A stretch of 64,000 nt of DNA from Oikopleura dioica (taxonomy: Eukaryota > Animalia > Chordata): assembly GCA_907165135.1 (NCBI GenBank), contig OU015568.1:2852001-2916000 (forward strand), given 5' to 3'. Both the position numbers and the translations under genes were made by a program. How positions within the stretch are numbered: position 1 is the first letter of the stretch; every line of letters begins with the position of its first letter. Of this stretch, positions 59,461-64,000 are shown piece by piece. Below the pieces are notes generated by a model. That model was not told where the DNA came from. It saw only the letters and a list, made by a program, of their open reading frames with translations, and ran no database searches.

Positions 59461-60258
59461 GATCGAATTTTTCTAGAAAACAGGTGCTTTTGCGAAAATT
59501 AACTGTGGTATCTTTCTCGATTTTTTATGTTTTTGACTTCTTATTTTATATTTTTATATTCTTTCATATAAAGTATATTTGGCTTGGTGACCAAATGTGA
59601 TTCAAAGACTTCTTCGCATTTGCCTGGATAAGCCTTACCTCCCTATCTTCTTTATTCGCCTGCTTCTACCTGTATCCCTTCCTAGAGTAGATATATTCCC
59701 TTTTTCGAAGGAATCAAAAAAAGGATAGCCCTGTACATTGCTCAAGCAGATGCTGTCTGTTTAATCTAGGTTTATGTTTATTCATCGAAAATTGATTGAT
59801 TTAAAAAGCATTTTATTTTATTGCTTCTGAGCCAAGAAAAGGGAGAGAAAAAAGAACAAAAATGCCGCTGGAATTTGAGCAAATCGCGCAACTTATTGCC
59901 ATGCAAAAGTAAGTCAAAAAAAGATTAGTTTTGCTCTTCGCAAAGGACAGTTTATAATTGCCCGTTCTTGATTGTTTCATGAACTTGGTCAGCAGCATAT
60001 TGTTAAACTGCTGAGCAAAAAGTAGCAAAATAAAAAGAAGAGGGAAAAAATGAGAGTTATCGGTGTCGATAGACGGTAAATATTTTAGCGGAGATTAATA
60101 ACGTTTATATCTCCGGTTTTCAATCACTTACGATTCAGTTACCTAGTTCTCAGTTGAATCGAAAAGATTCTTTTTATGACGCTCTTAGAAATGTGTACCA
60201 AAGCAAATTGTACGAGCAAAGAAACAAAACGGTTGGTTATGCTTTTAGTGCTAAAATA

Positions 60259-60386
60259 GGGAGAAGCTTGGTTAGAATACCAATTGGTATTCAAAAACCA
60301 ATTTTGGTATTCAAAATTTGAATTTCAAATACCAATTTTTGATATTCAAATACCAAAAATTTTTGGTATTCTAACCGAGCGCCCCC
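60259..60386. mobile_element. 128-bp Mutator-like MITE
   Basis: 9-bp TSD GCTAAAATA (60250-60258, 60387-60395); GG..CC termini; arms gcttggttagaatacca / tggtattctaaccgagc. Confidence 0.8.
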
Positions 60387-63257
60387 GCTAAAATAGCCAA
60401 ACCCTAACATTTACCCAACCCTAACCCTTAAGTGCTTCCTATTTGGTGGTGAGTGGAGTCAACTAGAAAATCTTGATAAATTTTGCGTGGGTGGCTTTCC
60501 GGCTGCTGATTGGCCGGTTTGCCAAACTCAGGCTTCTGATTGGCTGAAAAATTTTGTCGGGATTTTTTGTCGATTCTTTACAACTCCCCAGATATTTGGA
60601 GGGTTATCTTGATTCAAGACTTGGTCAAATTGGATTATCCATTTAGACCAGACAATATTAAAAAAATTGAGAATCCGAGCTATACAGTATAGGCTATACT
60701 CTCTTAATTACTTTTTGTTTGTGAGCCTCTTGACCCAGAAAAAAAGAAAACTAATTACTATTATAATAAACCGCAGATGAAGAAATATATTTCTCGCCAA
60801 ATCGCTGGCTAGACATATTTTTTCTAGTTTTGCTGGAAATGAAAACGCATCGTCTTAGAAATGGATTTGCCCCGTAAGTCTGATTTATTAGTTTGAGTTT
60901 TTACACGGAGAACATGTATTTTTAATGTCGCTACTGGGTATGAAAGTAATCGACTAAATGAGTTTTTTCTTTTTTCTATTCTGAGCCGGGCATTTTTCCC
61001 ACACGCCGGAGGCCACAAACTGCGGCCATTAAAGAAATCCACCGAGAAATAATTGATAAAGAGACACGAGACACGAGCACCTACAACAATCATTATACCG
61101 CCCTTCTGATACATACGCATATTGTTAATTAATCAGCATAAAACCGACGAACGGATATGCCAAAACGAAACTCGAATGAAAACAAAATAGGCTTCAGCCA
61201 CTCAGTTCTCGGCTCAGATGGCGACTTTTGAAACGCAAAAAGACTTCATCGATAATTGGAGACAGAGGGACTGGAGGGGTTGAAAGACCTGTAAAGAAGG
61301 AAAATAGAAGTGAAAGCGATACAAGGTGAAAAAATTATTTTACTTCAGAGACTTTAACTTACCGATTTCTTTTTGATATAAACCCCCTCCTTTGCCTTGC
61401 CCCCAAAAAAGAAGCTTGAGGTCCCTTTCGATTCGGATTTTTTTCTGTCTACTATGCATTTTCTTTACCAAATAAACCCCAAAACAACATTAGCATGGGA
61501 GTTTATAACCTCATTACGAACAATTCGGACTCAGTCGGATCATCTATTTTCGTTGGTTATTTTAGAATAAGAGCCATTCGAGTTCGAATATTATTTGAAG
61601 TTTCGCTTTTTTGATACAATAATTGAAACATAAAATATGGTCCTTTTTACTCCCTTATTAGCCAGAGGCCGTTATTTGAAAAAACTGGTGAACCCGAGGT
61701 AACTTGTGGAGTACTAAATCCTTAATGCGCAAAGGCATCCAACATGTATGAGATTTTTATTATTAGAGATTTGAGAATATGTTTCCAGAAGGAAATATTT
61801 GATTCCCAACGTTCTGTATCTTCTTTCTTGTTCGCGCTCTTATGAATAAGTTCACACAGTAATGGTCAATTTTCGTGGGTCACAGCGTTACAGTAGCTTC
61901 TTCGGAGAAACTGTATTGAGACAAACCATTCGATATGAATGTCTGACATGATATGACATTTTGCTTTATCTATCGATGAATGTTTCATATTTATCAGATT
62001 ATATATTGAAATTTGCTAATTGAAAATGGTCATTTCACCATTTGCAGAAGGACTGAATTATGATAAATCTTTCTTTACCGAATCACAAGCGGGAAACTTG
62101 CTTTTATACGAGAATTCCAAGATTAAATACAAGGTAGAGTAGGGATTTAAACCGTCCATATTGAGGTATAGTGAGGCATATTGAGGCATATTGGTGAACT
62201 ATCAATATCATGTTTTCACTATAAAACTGAAAAGATATTTTTTACTTGTTGACCTAGAAAAAACAGTATTTTTGGACATAGAATTTGAATGAGACAAAAT
62301 GAACTGCTTTCTATCAATTGAACCTGTCGGCAAATCCGATACAAATTTAAATTTTAAAACGCTTGAAGCACTAAAAGATTCAGATATCAAACATTGTTCG
62401 CGGGACAATAAGTCTGACATTCCAAAAAGACGGGTTTAAAACCCTCTTTCTCGCATTTTGACTCGATTTTTGGTTGATAGAGAGCTTGATTTTTTAATCG
62501 CGAAGAAAATGGATTTTAGGTAAATTTAAATATAATAAAAATGGCTGAGTTGAAGTTTACTGATCCAGGCATGAAAACCGCTAATTATTTCGGTAAAAAG
62601 AACGGTTAAACCGTCTGACTTAGACATAAAATTAGTTAAAGTAGACAATTTCGACCCATTTTTGAGATTTGATGGAGTTATTCGGCAATTTTCGTGTCGG
62701 TTTTTGCTACAATCTAGGTCTTAGGTTTTTTTTCTGTCAAATAATCAGAATATTTTTAAGGTACAGTGTCTGAATAATTCATTTTTGAGTTTATATGAGG
62801 ATTTTTTCAGACAAAACTGACACGTATAAGATAGGACGTATAATTTGAGATAAAGTGTCACATATTTCAAACAAGATTTTTTTTAATATTCTGTATATAT
62901 CCAGTAAACTCTACCGGCGCGCATTTTTGCATAAATATTTCACTACATGAACGCATCAAGCTTCAATTAACGGTCGAATAAAGGCTTGCCACTTCACTGA
63001 TTGAGAATAATTTGAGCGATGATAAAGTATGCAGCATCGTTCAGTATAGGTACGTCAGATCTTCTTTGAATGCAGGAAGATTAACGACTGTTTTTGAGAC
63101 AAGAAAATGCTCATTATTGTCGAGAAACTTCAAAAATTTGGAATAATAAGAGGTTTCGCTCAAAAGAATGAGAAAAAGAGGTTCGTTGATTATTTGATAG
63201 AAGGACCTTACAAGGGCCTCCGACTCGGTAATCTGTGTAGAGGCCTAGAGAGTAGAG

Positions 63258-63592
63258 CCCCCCCCCCCGTCAGCTTTTTTCGAAGAATCAAGTTTCGGAA
63301 TTTAAAAATTTTGACCCCGGAAATCGATTCTACAGGTCAAAAAACGAGGCTGCATTTTTCGGGGGTCTATCTCGACTCTTTTACCCTCAAAATCGCATTT
63401 GAAAATTGGACTTTTCGTCAAAAATTGACGAATTTGTCCTAATTCTGGCGAAAATATTGATTTTTCTTGGTAAAAAATTCCTCCTATTACCTTTTTTGAA
63501 GCAAGTTTAACCTGAGGACGCAAAAAGAACCAAAAATATGGTGTTTTTAAAAATTTTCATTTTCGAAGGAAAAAGCTGACGGGTGGGGGTCC
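63258..63592. mobile_element. TTAA-type MITE related to 51524-52170
   Basis: cccccgtcagcttttt..aaaaagctgacgggtgggggtcc followed by TTAA; left terminus degenerate. Confidence 0.6.
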
Positions 63593-64000
63593 TTAAACAT
63601 TAAAAATTCTTGGAAAATCAGAAAAATAAGGTTTGAAAAACAAAAAGATCGAGGTTGAAGCTTTGAACTTTATAGCATCACCAAATGTATCCGTAAGCGT
63701 CAATGCATTTAAAAACAGTACTGTTGGTCCGTATCTAGGGCACTCTCAATGACGCCCCGAGAACAGAATGAACACAACTGTAAAGAGCTATTTTAATGAA
63801 CTTCATGACGACAGGTCACGGTATAAAGGCATTAAGAATGCAGAGCTAGCAGCAGAGGGATTAAATTAGCCAGCAACTTTTTCTTCTTCAGAGAAAACCG
63901 AAAACAAAAAATAAACAAAAAAAACATGCCTGTGGCAAGAGATTCCCCTTACAGGCGACTTCAGTCGGGAAAATTTGAAAATTCTTTCAAAAATATTGCT

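Noticed and set aside
61150-62450. Scattered exon-like or degenerate ORF pieces
   Set aside because: Could not be joined into a consistent frame; no domain similarity recognised

Overview
This is compact, gene-dense eukaryotic DNA, most consistent with the appendicularian tunicate Oikopleura dioica. That assignment is an inference from the many 40-50 nt introns, several GA/GC splice donors and operon-like gene runs with an AG a few nt before each ATG. The ORF track misses or misframes many genes, so exon chains were rebuilt by eye and junctions are approximate unless stated. From left to right the window holds: the 3' end of an SLC7 amino-acid transporter; nested MITEs; two MARVEL paralogs flanking a small prepropeptide, a GST and a catalytically dead PLA2-like gene; a VDR/PXR/CAR-type (NR1I) nuclear receptor; a hAT MITE and a 716-bp foldback; a TMBIM/lifeguard-like gene; a secreted poly-Asn/GDPH ITIH-C-terminal-domain protein; and a ~2000-aa secreted CBM-GH10 xylanase-EGF-double carboxylesterase fusion. 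Next come two divergent housekeeping operons (TRIP4-SDHAF4-SCOC-YAE1 and ZC3H3-EXOSC3-ORF-ABCB8-SLC26), a 3-exon neuropeptide precursor encoding two QIP(Y/F)LF peptides, a tetraspanin-like gene, a TE-laden tandem pair of rolling-stone-like genes, three tandem EGF3-C-type-lectin genes, an LRR gene followed by a kringle-only secreted gene, and a repeat-rich final 5 kb. The strongest candidates for novelty are the GH10-esterase multienzyme, its GDPH/poly-Asn neighbour, the unannotated peptide precursors, and introns bracketed by inverted repeats.
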